A stretch of 64,000 bases of DNA from Candidatus Saccharimonadia bacterium. GTDB lineage: Bacteria > Patescibacteriota > SICC01. The stretch covers positions 219,406-283,405 of the forward strand of contig JANWJF010000001.1 in assembly GCA_025449535.1 (NCBI GenBank), read 5' to 3'. Position numbers and translations under genes: made by a program. The notes under the pieces were generated by a model, which worked only from the letters and a program-made list of their open reading frames with translations, searched no databases and had not been told where the DNA came from. Position 1 is the stretch's first letter. Each line of letters starts with the position of its first letter. Shown in pieces: positions 1-8,953 of the stretch.

Positions 1-414
1 GATCATAGCTCCGACGAAGGCTAGCAGGATGCCGATGAACGTTTTCGCGTTCATATGTTCCTTGAGGAACTTGACCGAGAGTATACCCAGGAGCAGCGGC
101 CCTAGCAGGGTGATGACGCCAGAGTTGATGCTCGGGGCGTAGGTCAAACCGACGTTAAGCGCCAACGTCGCGAACGTGATGTAAATGAGCGAACTCAAGG
201 CCAAAAGCCCGAACTCTTTCCTCTTCAACGGTTTCCAAGTCCGGATAGCGAATGGCAACAGAATCAAGGAAGCCGCCAAGAACTTTGTTGCCATGAAAAG
301 CGTGAGTGGAAACGTCTCCAGGCCCAGCTTCACCATCGGGACGTTCACGCCCCAAAGCAGGCTTGCCGCTACGAGAGCAAGAATGGGCAACGTACTGTTT
401 TTGGGTTTTTGCAT
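1..414 (-). CDS. EamA/DMT-family transporter, N-terminal part (gene runs off the window start)
   Basis: Minus-strand ATG at 414 (MQKPKNSTLPILALVAASLLWGVNVP...). Continuous hydrophobic helices with EamA-like segments (LGPLLLGILSVKFLKE), no stop before position 1. Not in the ORF track because it is truncated. Confidence 0.6.
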   Translation of the reverse strand, partial: MQKPKNSTLPILALVAASLLWGVNVPMVKLGLETFPLTLFMATKFLAASLILLPFAIRTWKPLKRKEFGLLALSSLIYITFATLALNVGLTYAPSINSGVITLLGPLLLGILSVKFLKEHMNAKTFIGILLAFVGAMI

Positions 415-417
415 CTC

Positions 418-678
418 TTACCGCATCCATGAGACTAAGAGAATTACCGGGGCTGCGATCACCAGTCCGACCACTTCCGGCTTCCGCGCCGCGACTTCCA
501 CGTCGAAGCGCCGCAGCACGTCCCCGACCTTGTCGGCGGAGATGTCTGCGTTATACACCTCGAACTTCCCTGGCTCTTCGTTATCGAAGTAGAGGCGCAG
601 CCGGGTCGGCCAACCGCCATGCTCAAAGTCCCAGGCTCCCCAGGTAATGCTGTCGCCGAAGATGCAGACACGTGCCAT
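418..678 (-). pseudogene. SGNH/GDSL-hydrolase-like N-terminal fragment (86 aa)
   Basis: Starts MARVCIFGDSITWGAW (GDS(L) block I) but ends after 86 aa in a hydrophobic tail. SGNH hydrolases are about 200 aa, so this looks like a remnant. Confidence 0.3.
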
Positions 679-708
679 GGGTCTATCTTAACGGCTTCAT
701 CACCCCCG

Positions 709-807
709 CCCCACCTCGTGCGAGATGAGCCAAGGGTGATGCCTGTTTCAATCCGGTCGCTTGCGCGGGGATTGCTGACGCACCGCTTGCGCGGCACAGG
801 CATCGTC
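709..807 (-). repeat. Conserved 99-bp structured element, copy A (about 93% identical to 5532..5630)
   Basis: Lies between the stop of the zinc-ribbon gene (814) and the next minus-strand start (678). On the minus strand it has a 9-bp closing stem (GAUGCCUGU...ACAGGCAUC) enclosing two CGCGCAAGCG hairpins with GNRA (GCAA) tetraloops. Confidence 0.6.
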
Positions 808-813
808 GGGCCG

Positions 814-1080
814 TCAGGCCCCGATCTTCTCGAAGTGCTCCTCCAGGGTGTTTCGCTCCCGATGAAGGAACTTGCGGTCGTGCTCGGGGGTCCGCTGGGA
901 CGGTAGCCTGAAGGTCTTCCAGTTCCACGGCCAGAACGGCTGACTGAAGATCCACCCCCTGCCTTCACAGCGCCCGCAGGTGCTGCGCTCCTGGCTCTCG
1001 AAGCTGTAGAGGTTCAGGAATCCGCGCCCTTTGCAGGGCGGGCACCGCCACTTCTTGACCGGCTTGCCGGAAGTCCGCAT
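814..1080 (-). CDS. Small zinc-ribbon protein, paralog 1 (two CxxCxGxG motifs, 88 aa)
   Basis: Start trimmed to the internal Met (MRTSGKPVKKWRCPPCKGRG) by alignment with paralog 5639..5956. AAGGAGG sits 8 nt upstream of that ATG. Conserved C-terminal FWPWNW...FRLP...R..FLH.ER. Confidence 0.6.
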   Translation of the reverse strand: MRTSGKPVKKWRCPPCKGRGFLNLYSFESQERSTCGRCEGRGWIFSQPFWPWNWKTFRLPSQRTPEHDRKFLHRERNTLEEHFEKIGA

Positions 1081-1185
1081 CGACTTTTCGCCTCCTTGGT
1101 AAGATTCGCCACCGGGGGTCTGCATGCGATCCGGGTTCCGGATCGACTATGCATGGTACCCCGATTCGACGTATAAAGGTAAGTC

Positions 1186-1641
1186 ATGGACGAAAGCGCG
1201 GCATCAGCAGAGCATCTCAGGCAGTCCGAAGGCGAAGGCCAGGCGGACTGGTTGATACGGGTCACCGAAGCATTCAAGGACGACCCGCGCATAGAGCCCG
1301 CCGAGGCGCTGGTGGAATGCCTCAGGCGATCCGGCGACATCAACACCGGTGCCAGGATCACCCATGCGGTCGAGGTGACCGCCCTCCTGCTGCGAGCGCC
1401 GGGAACCGCCCGGGAAGAAAGCCGGTACCGAGAACTTGCCCAGGAAGCGGCGGACCTGTGCCCCGACGATACGACGAAGGCCATCCTTTGGACGCACATC
1501 GCCGAATACCTGCCGCCGGCCCAGCGGGCTTCCGCCATGCAAAAGGCACGAGATTCCCTTACGGGTGAAGGCAAGGAGTTGCCGAACGCTTTCGAACTGT
1601 TCGGGGACAAGGCGTTCGGACGCGGCGAGGCGTACGTCTAG
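1186..1641 (+). CDS. Hypothetical protein (151 aa)
   Basis: ORF with balanced amino-acid composition and an AAAGG SD-like sequence upstream. The overlapping minus-strand ORFs are Arg/Pro/Ala-rich artefact-like. Confidence 0.45.
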   Translation: MDESAASAEHLRQSEGEGQADWLIRVTEAFKDDPRIEPAEALVECLRRSGDINTGARITHAVEVTALLLRAPGTAREESRYRELAQEAADLCPDDTTKAILWTHIAEYLPPAQRASAMQKARDSLTGEGKELPNAFELFGDKAFGRGEAYV

Positions 1642-2258
1642 GGTCGACCGACGTATACTTCCAACCAACCCTGGTCGTCCTTTCCCTCCGGAGTCAGGAA
1701 CTCCGGGCGACCCAGCTGCCGGCGCGTCCTACGTATCAGGATCCGAATATGCTCGGTCCGGTGCTCGTTCATCCGCCAGTATTCTTCCTTCGTGAAGACA
1801 TCCCACGGCCGGCCGAACCGCTTCCGTTCCTGGCGCAGTTGGGCGGTGTCGCGCAGGACCTCGCAGACGGTCGACTCGTCTTCCAGGACCTGTATCCGGT
1901 ACTCTTCCAGCGTCACCGGTTCGTCCAGCATGGGGTCGAACACCCAGCCGTTCTCCGCGCAGACTACGTGACAGTTCCAGGAGAACCGCCCTTCGGTGGT
2001 GAGGAGCGCCACCTTCGGGAACCGTCCTATCGCGTGATCGAGCGGTTCGTAGTCCGAAGCGTGGAACAGCGTCAGCTGCGGGTCCGGTGACGGCGGCCGG
2101 AACGCGAGCAGCTCGGGTTCGCCACCTTCTTCAAGCCGGCGCCAGGCCAGCGCGCAAGCCACGTCCAGGCAGTTCCGGTCTCCTGGGTACGGGTCGCCCT
2201 GCTCCACGAAGGCCGCTTGCCTCCGGGCGAAGTACGCTTCTGATGATTCGATCGGCAT
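1638..2258 (-). CDS. Hypothetical protein (206 aa)
   Basis: Long ORF with coding-like composition; 4-nt tail overlap with the 1186..1641 ORF. Confidence 0.5.
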   Translation of the reverse strand: MPIESSEAYFARRQAAFVEQGDPYPGDRNCLDVACALAWRRLEEGGEPELLAFRPPSPDPQLTLFHASDYEPLDHAIGRFPKVALLTTEGRFSWNCHVVCAENGWVFDPMLDEPVTLEEYRIQVLEDESTVCEVLRDTAQLRQERKRFGRPWDVFTKEEYWRMNEHRTEHIRILIRRTRRQLGRPEFLTPEGKDDQGWLEVYVGRP

Positions 2259-2439
2259 AACGACCCATGATACCGAATTGATCGGCGTCCTGCCCTTAAT
2301 CTACCGTTCCATGGATCTCATAACCCCGCCGTAGAGGTACTTATATAGTTGGTGGCTTGTCATTATCCCTGACAAGCGCATGCTGCAGGCAAGATTCAAT
2401 AAGCTGAGCAGCGTTGACGCCTGCTTAAGGGGAACAAAA

Positions 2440-3333
2440 ATGAAAAGGTTCAAATATACGACAGTATCCGCACTAGTCGCTGCTTTGGCGATCGGTTTTC
2501 CGGCGCAGGCCCTGGCCGAGCCCACGGTCGACCTGGGCACCGCCGATGACTTCGCGGTCCTGGCCGGTACGGCCGTCACGAACGTGCCTACTTCCGCCAT
2601 CACCGGCGACGTAGGCCTCAGCCCGGCCGCCGGCAGCAACTACGCCGGCCTGACGGACGCGGAAGTGGACGGCACGATCTACGCGGTAGACGGCACCGGC
2701 CCGGCCGGCTCGGTCAACAATCCCGGCCTGCTGACGACGGCCAAGGGCGACCTGGTCACGGCGTATAACGACGCGGCGGGGCGGACGGTCACGTCCACCA
2801 TCGGCTCGGGACTCGGCGGGGTGACCCTGACGGAAGGCGTCTACGACTCCGCCGCGGGCACGTTCGCCCTGGGCGTAGGAACGACCCTGACGCTCAACGG
2901 ACAAGGCAACGCCGACGCGGTGTGGATCTTCCAGATGGCGACCACGCTGACCACGGGTTCCGGCAGCACGATCCTCCTCACCAACGGCGCCCAGGCCTGC
3001 AACGTCTTCTGGCAGGTCGGCAGCTCGGCGACGCTCGGCACGAACTCCACGTTCGTGGGCAACATCCTGGCCCTGACCTCCATCACGCTTACCACCGGCG
3101 CCGAAGTGGAAGGCAGCATGCTGGCCCGGAACGGCGCGGTGGCGATGGACTCGAACACCATCACCGACACGGCCTGTGCCGCGGTGATTCCGCCGGATGA
3201 TGACGACGGTTCCGGCGATGACGGATCGGACGACGGCTCGGACTCCGATGCCATAGGCTCGACCACCGGCTCGCTGGCTGTGGGCGACATCGTCCCGAAG
3301 CTTCCGAACGCAGGAGCCGGTCCCCGAAACTAA
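2440..3333 (+). CDS. Secreted DUF3494 (ice-binding-like) beta-helical protein with an acidic Asp/Gly/Ser linker and C-terminal LPNAG
   Basis: Signal peptide MKRFKYTTVSALVAALAIGFPAQALA. Then LGTADDFAVLAGTAVTNVPTSAITGDVGLSP, which matches the DUF3494 N-terminal signature. Thr/Gly/Asn-rich beta-solenoid-like body. SD AAGGGG before ATG 2440. Confidence 0.65.
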   Translation: MKRFKYTTVSALVAALAIGFPAQALAEPTVDLGTADDFAVLAGTAVTNVPTSAITGDVGLSPAAGSNYAGLTDAEVDGTIYAVDGTGPAGSVNNPGLLTTAKGDLVTAYNDAAGRTVTSTIGSGLGGVTLTEGVYDSAAGTFALGVGTTLTLNGQGNADAVWIFQMATTLTTGSGSTILLTNGAQACNVFWQVGSSATLGTNSTFVGNILALTSITLTTGAEVEGSMLARNGAVAMDSNTITDTACAAVIPPDDDDGSGDDGSDDGSDSDAIGSTTGSLAVGDIVPKLPNAGAGPRN

Positions 3334-3351
3334 GGCCGCGCCTCACGCACT

Positions 3352-4020
3352 ATGTCTGCCGATACGCGATCCAGACGAACGGTATCGGCAGTCCTCATGG
3401 CGGGACTGGTGCTGTCCCTGGCGTTGGCCGTCGATTCCTGGGGCAACCCGACCCCGCTTCCCTCGGGCAGTGCCGCGGTCCGTGGGTCCGAACGGACGGG
3501 ACTGCCGACGCGGCTCAGGATTCCGCGCATCAAGGTCCACGCGCCCATCGAGCATGTCGGCCTGACGCCGGACGGAGCGATGGACGTACCGAAGGAAAGC
3601 CCGATGAACGCCGCTTGGTACGACCTCGGGCCGCGTCCCGGGGATGCGGGGAGTTCCGTCATTGACGGACACTTCGGCACGACGGATGGCAGCCCGGCGG
3701 TGTTCGACGACCTGCGCCAGCTGCGTACCGGGGACCGGATCCAGGTCGAGGATGCGAGCGGGGCGAAGGTCACGTTCATGGTGCGCGGGTTCCGGACATA
3801 CCAGCCGGAAGAGGACGCAACGTCCGTGTTCAGTTCGAGTGACGGCCGGGCGCACCTTAATCTCATCACGTGCACGGGGGTGTGGAACCGGACCGAGCAA
3901 AGGTATTCCAACCGGCTCGTGGTCTTCACCGACCGCGACCTGCGTTTCGGACTGACCCGGCTGAGCGTCGTGCGCAACGACGACGCGCCCGGTTATGACG
4001 TCGCGTGGATCGGCTACTGA
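3352..4020 (+). CDS. Sortase-family transpeptidase (membrane-anchored)
   Basis: N-terminal TM, catalytic His (VIDGH), TLxTC-type motif NLITCTG, downstream Arg. Sits 19 nt after the DUF3494 gene. Confidence 0.7.
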   Translation: MSADTRSRRTVSAVLMAGLVLSLALAVDSWGNPTPLPSGSAAVRGSERTGLPTRLRIPRIKVHAPIEHVGLTPDGAMDVPKESPMNAAWYDLGPRPGDAGSSVIDGHFGTTDGSPAVFDDLRQLRTGDRIQVEDASGAKVTFMVRGFRTYQPEEDATSVFSSSDGRAHLNLITCTGVWNRTEQRYSNRLVVFTDRDLRFGLTRLSVVRNDDAPGYDVAWIGY

Positions 4021-4027
4021 CGGCCGA

Positions 4028-4447
4028 TCAGCTGCCCATCCCGCCGGTACCGATATTAAACAGCCAGTAGATCCCGTACTTGTCTATCAGCATCCCGAAG
4101 GTGTCGCCCCACGGCGCTGGCTTCAACGGCTCCAGGACCTTCCCGTCCTTGCTGAGCGATTCGAAATACTTGGTCAGGCGATCGGTGTCATCCCCTGACA
4201 ACGACAGGGCGACATTCGTGCCGGCGACGACGTCCTCGTCTTTCATGCCGTCGCTGGCCATCAGGGTGATCGCGTCGCTCTCCAGCACCCCATGCATCAC
4301 CAGGTCCTTGTTATGTGGTTTCGCCCCCGGCATGTCCCCGAACTTCATGATTTCCACCGTGCCGCCGAAGATACCTTTGTAGTACTCCAGCGCTTCGGCA
4401 GTGATGCTGGGGAAATTGAGATACGGGTTCAGTTTGACGTCGGGCAT
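4028..4447 (-). CDS. VOC/glyoxalase-superfamily protein (PhnB-like)
   Basis: 139 aa; PhnB-like pattern (MPDVKLNPYLNF...HGVLESD...WGDTFGMLIDKYGIYW). Confidence 0.55.
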   Translation of the reverse strand: MPDVKLNPYLNFPSITAEALEYYKGIFGGTVEIMKFGDMPGAKPHNKDLVMHGVLESDAITLMASDGMKDEDVVAGTNVALSLSGDDTDRLTKYFESLSKDGKVLEPLKPAPWGDTFGMLIDKYGIYWLFNIGTGGMGS

Positions 4448-4504
4448 GGGCCTCCTTGGTTCAGGTGGTAGTGCGGAGCCATTGTACGCTCACTGCGCGG
4501 GTTG

Positions 4505-5488
4505 TCATCCGGGATTTCGACGAAGGTCCACCCCCGGAGGAAATACTAGCCCTGGGGAGAGCAGGCCTTTCCGCGCCAGGACAGCGTGGACTTGCTCAAA
4601 GTTCCGGACCTCGGCTTTGAACCGGCTTTGGGAACGGTTCGGGTCCTCGCTGTAGCGCTGCAGATATCCGGCGGCCCGGTGGAAGTCTCCCGGCGCCGAG
4701 ATACCCTTGAACTCCTGCAGCGAGCAGACCGCCTGACCGAGCGCGGCATTGGTCGCGATATCGAATCGTTCGATCTCGACGGCTACCGCTTCCAGGCGCC
4801 GTAGGGTCGCCATGGCTTCCACGAATTGCTTAGTTTCGTTCTGGGTGTCTGCGGTAACGAGCAACAGCGTGGCTTCCTCCTCCTTGAACGCCGGTTTCTC
4901 CAGAAGCCGTTCGCAGTAGTCAGTGACCCGCTCCTGATCGCCTTCCCGGTAGAGGCCCAGTAGCGAAACTCGTTGCACTTCAGCATAGCCGTTCCGCACC
5001 TCGGGCAGGACCGCTTCCGCGGCTCCCCGTTCGTCCGAACCTTCGGCTAGCTCGGCGACGTCCGCGAGATAATCCAGCACAAGCTCAAGCTCACGAAGCG
5101 CGTCACTGTAATCTCCCTGGCCGTTCCACGCTTCCACACGCTGCACTACCCCGCGGGCTGCTCGTGCGGGATCGCCAAGCTTCTTGTGCAGTGCTTCAGC
5201 ACGGGTCGCGTGCCTCTCGACAGCAGGCCAGTCCTTTTGGGCGTGGCAGATCATGACCAGGAATTGCAAGTACTCGCCTTGGTGCGCTTCCTCCACGTCT
5301 TCCAGCGCGATCTCAAAGCGTGCGCGGACTCGCGGGAGGTCGTCCAGTCGCTCGTTGACCCAGTTCAGGGTTTGCTCACTGTCCGTAATCTCGCCGGTCT
5401 CCGGGTCGGTGAAGGCGGACATATCCAACTGCCGCACGATCAGTTCGCATTCCACCGGATTCAGTTTGTCCTGGTCTCCCATAACCAA
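4505..5488 (-). CDS. Hypothetical all-helical (TPR-like) protein (327 aa)
   Basis: Long ORF; helical-repeat-like composition; no recognised catalytic motif. Confidence 0.5.
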   Translation of the reverse strand: MVMGDQDKLNPVECELIVRQLDMSAFTDPETGEITDSEQTLNWVNERLDDLPRVRARFEIALEDVEEAHQGEYLQFLVMICHAQKDWPAVERHATRAEALHKKLGDPARAARGVVQRVEAWNGQGDYSDALRELELVLDYLADVAELAEGSDERGAAEAVLPEVRNGYAEVQRVSLLGLYREGDQERVTDYCERLLEKPAFKEEEATLLLVTADTQNETKQFVEAMATLRRLEAVAVEIERFDIATNAALGQAVCSLQEFKGISAPGDFHRAAGYLQRYSEDPNRSQSRFKAEVRNFEQVHAVLARKGLLSPGLVFPPGVDLRRNPG

Positions 5489-5531
5489 GAAGCGTAGCCG
5501 TTCTCTCCGGACGATTCAATCGTCACCCTTA

Positions 5532-5630
5532 CCCCACCTCGCACGAGATGAGCCAAGGGTGATGCCTGTTCCAATCCGGTCGCTTGCGCGGGAATCGGTA
5601 ACGCACCGCTTGCGCGGCACAGGCATCGTC
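5532..5630 (-). repeat. Conserved 99-bp structured element, copy B
   Basis: 7 mismatches in 99 bp versus 709..807. Same position relative to a zinc-ribbon paralog (stop at 5639) and the next minus-strand gene (start at 5488). Confidence 0.6.
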
Positions 5631-5638
5631 ATTGGCGT

Positions 5639-5956
5639 TCAGGCAGTACCGATTCCGGCACCGGCTTGCTCCAGTTGCCGCTCCAGGGCGTCGCGCTCCG
5701 GGTGGAGGAACTCACGGTAACGAGGCTCGGTCCGCTCATGCGGCAACCGGAACTCGACGCGGTTCCAGAACCAGAACGGACGCTTGAAGGTCCAACCCTT
5801 CCCGTCGCAATGCACGCATGTGCATGGCAGGACGGTCACCTGTCGCAGCGGGCCATTCTGGAAACTCTCGATCAGCACCGTCGTTTCGTGATGACAGCCC
5901 CGGCCCTGACAGCCCGGGCAACGCCATTTGGTCCCCGGCTTGGCGGAGGTCCACAT
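5639..5956 (-). CDS. Small zinc-ribbon protein, paralog 2 (105 aa)
   Basis: MWTSAKPGTKWRCPGCQGRG...CVHCDGKGW...FWFWNRVEFRLPHER. AAGGAG lies 8 nt upstream of the ATG. Confidence 0.65.
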   Translation of the reverse strand: MWTSAKPGTKWRCPGCQGRGCHHETTVLIESFQNGPLRQVTVLPCTCVHCDGKGWTFKRPFWFWNRVEFRLPHERTEPRYREFLHPERDALERQLEQAGAGIGTA

Positions 5957-6030
5957 ACTCTCACGCTCCTTGCTGGTAAGCTTCGTTGCAGGCCTTGGTG
6001 CGATCCGAAGGTTCCGGACCGACCATACCG

Positions 6031-6405
6031 TCAGGCGGTCGCGGCGGCGGCCTCCTTGGCCTCGGAATCTCGTACATCGTCTGGCAGGGCTTCCTTGGCC
6101 GTGTCGAATTGGTCCTTGCGGATCATCAGTTTGACCTGGATCGAGGGGCCTCCGGCGAAACGCGGACGCGTCAGCCAGCCTTCCGACTCTGGGAAGCTGA
6201 GTAGGATGCGCATGTCGAACCCGTTGGCGACCCAGACGTGTACTTCACGGACAAACCGCTCCACCTCCGCGATCGGAATCTGTTCGTCCATCAACGGGAA
6301 GTGCACGTACTCCGGATCGGTGCTTTCGGGTCTTTGAGGTGGCTGCTGCCTTCGTCCTGCTCGTCCCCTGCGCCCTCGGGCCTTGGTCCGCACTCGGCGT
6401 GCCAT
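6031..6405 (-). CDS. Hypothetical protein with a basic Arg-rich N-terminus (124 aa)
   Basis: ORF co-oriented with and upstream of zinc-ribbon paralog 2. Confidence 0.4.
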   Translation of the reverse strand: MARRVRTKARGRRGRAGRRQQPPQRPESTDPEYVHFPLMDEQIPIAEVERFVREVHVWVANGFDMRILLSFPESEGWLTRPRFAGGPSIQVKLMIRKDQFDTAKEALPDDVRDSEAKEAAAATA

Positions 6406-6595
6406 GACTCTCCTTTCGTTTCCGGTCGGGCGTCAGCGGGATTGCCGATGCCGGTTCCGGAAACGAAAAGTCTGTAAAGGTGCATCCCCTAGCGACTCAT
6501 CAGTGTACGCTTTGGGTAATACAGTCGTCCAATTCACCCAGCGGTACGCGTTAGAGCACGGCTAGCTTCGGTAAACCTTTAGAAACCTATGAGCC

Positions 6596-7384
6596 TCAAG
6601 TAGGCGTGAACAGACGCTGCGGCGTGGCGGTTTCCGGATCGAGCTGACCGCATTCATCGAAGATCTCGACTCCACCCTTCCAAAGGGTCCGGATGTGCGG
6701 AGCGACCGGGCATCCGACGATTTCCGACGGGTCAGGAGTACGGAGGCCGTCCGCGTGTACGCAGACGGATTTAGTGTAGCCGACGTACCTCCCCTGCTCG
6801 TTGCACTTGACCATCAGGTAGTCCTGTCGATGCAGCGCGAGAACGGTAACGCGTTCCAAGGATTGGTCCAATAGGGTCTCGGAAGCGAATCTCGTGGCTA
6901 TGTCATCGCTACGTTCGACGGCCGGTCGGACCGGGTCGTCGGGATCATCCTCGATCAGCGTATCCCGAACGGCGCACATCAGGCGGAACACGTCACCTGA
7001 CGCATGTCGAAGATAATGCTCGATGCGATTACGAACGAACGCCACCGTATCCGAAGTCACTTCCTCCGCGGAACCTGCAGCAACCAGTTGTCGCCTCTTC
7101 AGGTCGACCCCCGCTAAGGCCATCCCATGCAGTTCAGTATCGCCGCTGAAGATATCCAGCATCAGTTTCCGACCGCGTGCCTCGCGCGCACTCCACTGAA
7201 GCTCGAGAGACGCGTCTAGTTCCGGATCGAAGCCTGCCCAGTCTGACTGGGTGCGGTTGGCCGCTCGGAACAGATGCGCGTAGAAGTCTTGTTCATGTTG
7301 ATAGAACCGTTCCTTAGCCTCTCGCGCGGCCTCATCAAATACGGGTTCTTCCCGTGGCACATCCGATTGACTGACTTTTCCCAT
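6596..7384 (-). CDS. Hypothetical protein (262 aa)
   Basis: Long ORF with coding-like composition; no recognised motif. Confidence 0.5.
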   Translation of the reverse strand: MGKVSQSDVPREEPVFDEAAREAKERFYQHEQDFYAHLFRAANRTQSDWAGFDPELDASLELQWSAREARGRKLMLDIFSGDTELHGMALAGVDLKRRQLVAAGSAEEVTSDTVAFVRNRIEHYLRHASGDVFRLMCAVRDTLIEDDPDDPVRPAVERSDDIATRFASETLLDQSLERVTVLALHRQDYLMVKCNEQGRYVGYTKSVCVHADGLRTPDPSEIVGCPVAPHIRTLWKGGVEIFDECGQLDPETATPQRLFTPT

Positions 7385-7531
7385 GACTATGCATAATACT
7401 GTAACCTAGCGTATAAAGAGAAGTCGTCCCTTTACATGCGCTTGGCTTCCAGGAGGGCCGCCGCGAGCCGTACCCAATCGTGGCTTTTTTCTGGAAACCA
7501 ACCCATCAATCCCCGAGGAAAGGATGTACCG

Positions 7532-7999
7532 ATGCGCCTTCTGGGTATCGTATTGCTCGTCCTCTTGGCTCTCTGCTTTAGCAAAGGCCAATTCGCATCC
7601 GCCGGAAGCAGCACCCCGTCGGTCGTCGGTATCGAGGACATCGAAGACCAAACCGGCAAGTGGATCTGCCTATCCAACATGGACGACCTGGGAGAACTCT
7701 GGTTCCAGGGCGTGGACCACCCCGTCCTGAAAGTCGACTATTTCGCCGAAGAAGGCCAGTGCAAGCGACTCAACCCACAGCGGGCCAGCGTCGTGAAGGT
7801 AACGAACTACTACTTCGGCGTAGCCTGGGGCATCGGCCTCTACTACAACGGACAGCTGACCTGGCAGGACGTCCAAGGCGTGGCTGGAGACGTTGGCGCC
7901 CTGAACAATGCCTGGTTCGGCTATGAAGTCGTGCACCGCCAGACATTCGACAAATACGGCTACCCAAGGAAAACCTGGACCGTCGAGGTCCCCGAATAG
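7532..7999 (+). CDS. Small secreted protein (signal peptide)
   Basis: Start trimmed to MRLLGIVLLVLLALCFSKGQFASA (hydrophobic signal sequence). The next two genes follow with 14-nt gaps. Confidence 0.5.
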   Translation: MRLLGIVLLVLLALCFSKGQFASAGSSTPSVVGIEDIEDQTGKWICLSNMDDLGELWFQGVDHPVLKVDYFAEEGQCKRLNPQRASVVKVTNYYFGVAWGIGLYYNGQLTWQDVQGVAGDVGALNNAWFGYEVVHRQTFDKYGYPRKTWTVEVPE

Positions 8000-8013
8000 G
8001 AAGGAGTGCCGTC

Positions 8014-8403
8014 ATGGCGCTAACTTTTAATGACGACGTGGTTATCGTCGTGAGTCCGCAGACCGGGCAGCACTTCGTCGTCTCGTTCAGTAAAACCTCG
8101 GTTCATCGAGAGACCGCCAAGGCCGAACAGCTCCCGATCGACCGGGTGCGCGAGTACTTGGGGCAAATCGTCGACATCGCGATGCACAAGGACGCGCCGT
8201 ACGCGTACCGGACGGTCAAAGGGCTCGCCAAGGAGCTGGACCTGCCCGCCGCCATCGTCAAACACTGTCTCGAACAATCCGACAAGGTACGCGTCTCGCC
8301 ACTGCAGAACAAGCAGGGCGAAACACTCTACTGCCGGGCCGACCGTCCGCTCGACTTCAAGGAGCGGCTCGAGCGATTCCGGATAGCCCTGGGACGCAAC
8401 TGA
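8014..8403 (+). CDS. Hypothetical protein with an HTH-like segment (129 aa)
   Basis: YRTVKGLAKELDLPAAIVKHCLEQ resembles a helix-turn-helix. Confidence 0.45.
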   Translation: MALTFNDDVVIVVSPQTGQHFVVSFSKTSVHRETAKAEQLPIDRVREYLGQIVDIAMHKDAPYAYRTVKGLAKELDLPAAIVKHCLEQSDKVRVSPLQNKQGETLYCRADRPLDFKERLERFRIALGRN

Positions 8404-8417
8404 AAAGGAGGTCGCCT

Positions 8418-8825
8418 ATGCGCGACATGCGGAAAGAGGACCCGGTCCTCAGGTCCGGAAACCGTTGGCGCAGGCTGCCAACCGTCCAAGTACCCGGCGA
8501 CCCCGAGGCGTTGCCCTGGGATCTGGGGAAACGCTCGGAGCAGGACATCCGGGACTCATGGCGGAAAGTCGCCGTCTTCCACGTCAGCCGGGTCGGTGGC
8601 CGAGGCGATGATCCGGTCAGATTCACGATCGGATTCCGGAATAGCTCCGGTGAGATCCACCGGCTCGGCTTTCTGATCATGGACCGGGAGTTCGGCATGG
8701 AAGTGGGTCACGAGGACGTCGAATTCGTCATCTTCGCTGGCAACCCCCTGGACGAGCTCAACCTCGTCCTCGTCGACGTCGTCGATAAGGACAATCCGGC
8801 CTGGAAACACCTACCGCTCTATTGA
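8418..8825 (+). CDS. Hypothetical protein (135 aa)
   Basis: ORF in an apparent operon with the two preceding genes. Confidence 0.45.
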   Translation: MRDMRKEDPVLRSGNRWRRLPTVQVPGDPEALPWDLGKRSEQDIRDSWRKVAVFHVSRVGGRGDDPVRFTIGFRNSSGEIHRLGFLIMDREFGMEVGHEDVEFVIFAGNPLDELNLVLVDVVDKDNPAWKHLPLY

Positions 8826-8953
8826 GCAAGGGGCAGGACCGCGACTTCGTGCATACCAGCACGCAAGAAGCACCTGTCCCGCCCCCTGAGACCGTCTCGA
8901 ACGAGGCGTCCTGAGGAGGCATTACTGACTACGGTGAACAAAAAACCGATGTT

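Noticed and set aside
619-906. Plus-strand ORFs covering the 99-bp elements (619..906 and 5184..5720) with similar peptide stretches (…DEPRVMPV.IRSLAR…)
   Set aside because: The shared peptide is a by-product of nucleotide conservation of the element. The frames continue into antisense of the zinc-ribbon genes, so a structured non-coding element is more parsimonious.
3296-3333. LPNAG at the C-terminus of the DUF3494 protein as a bona fide sortase sorting signal
   Set aside because: No hydrophobic segment or positively charged tail follows, so it is reported only as an observation, not as a feature.
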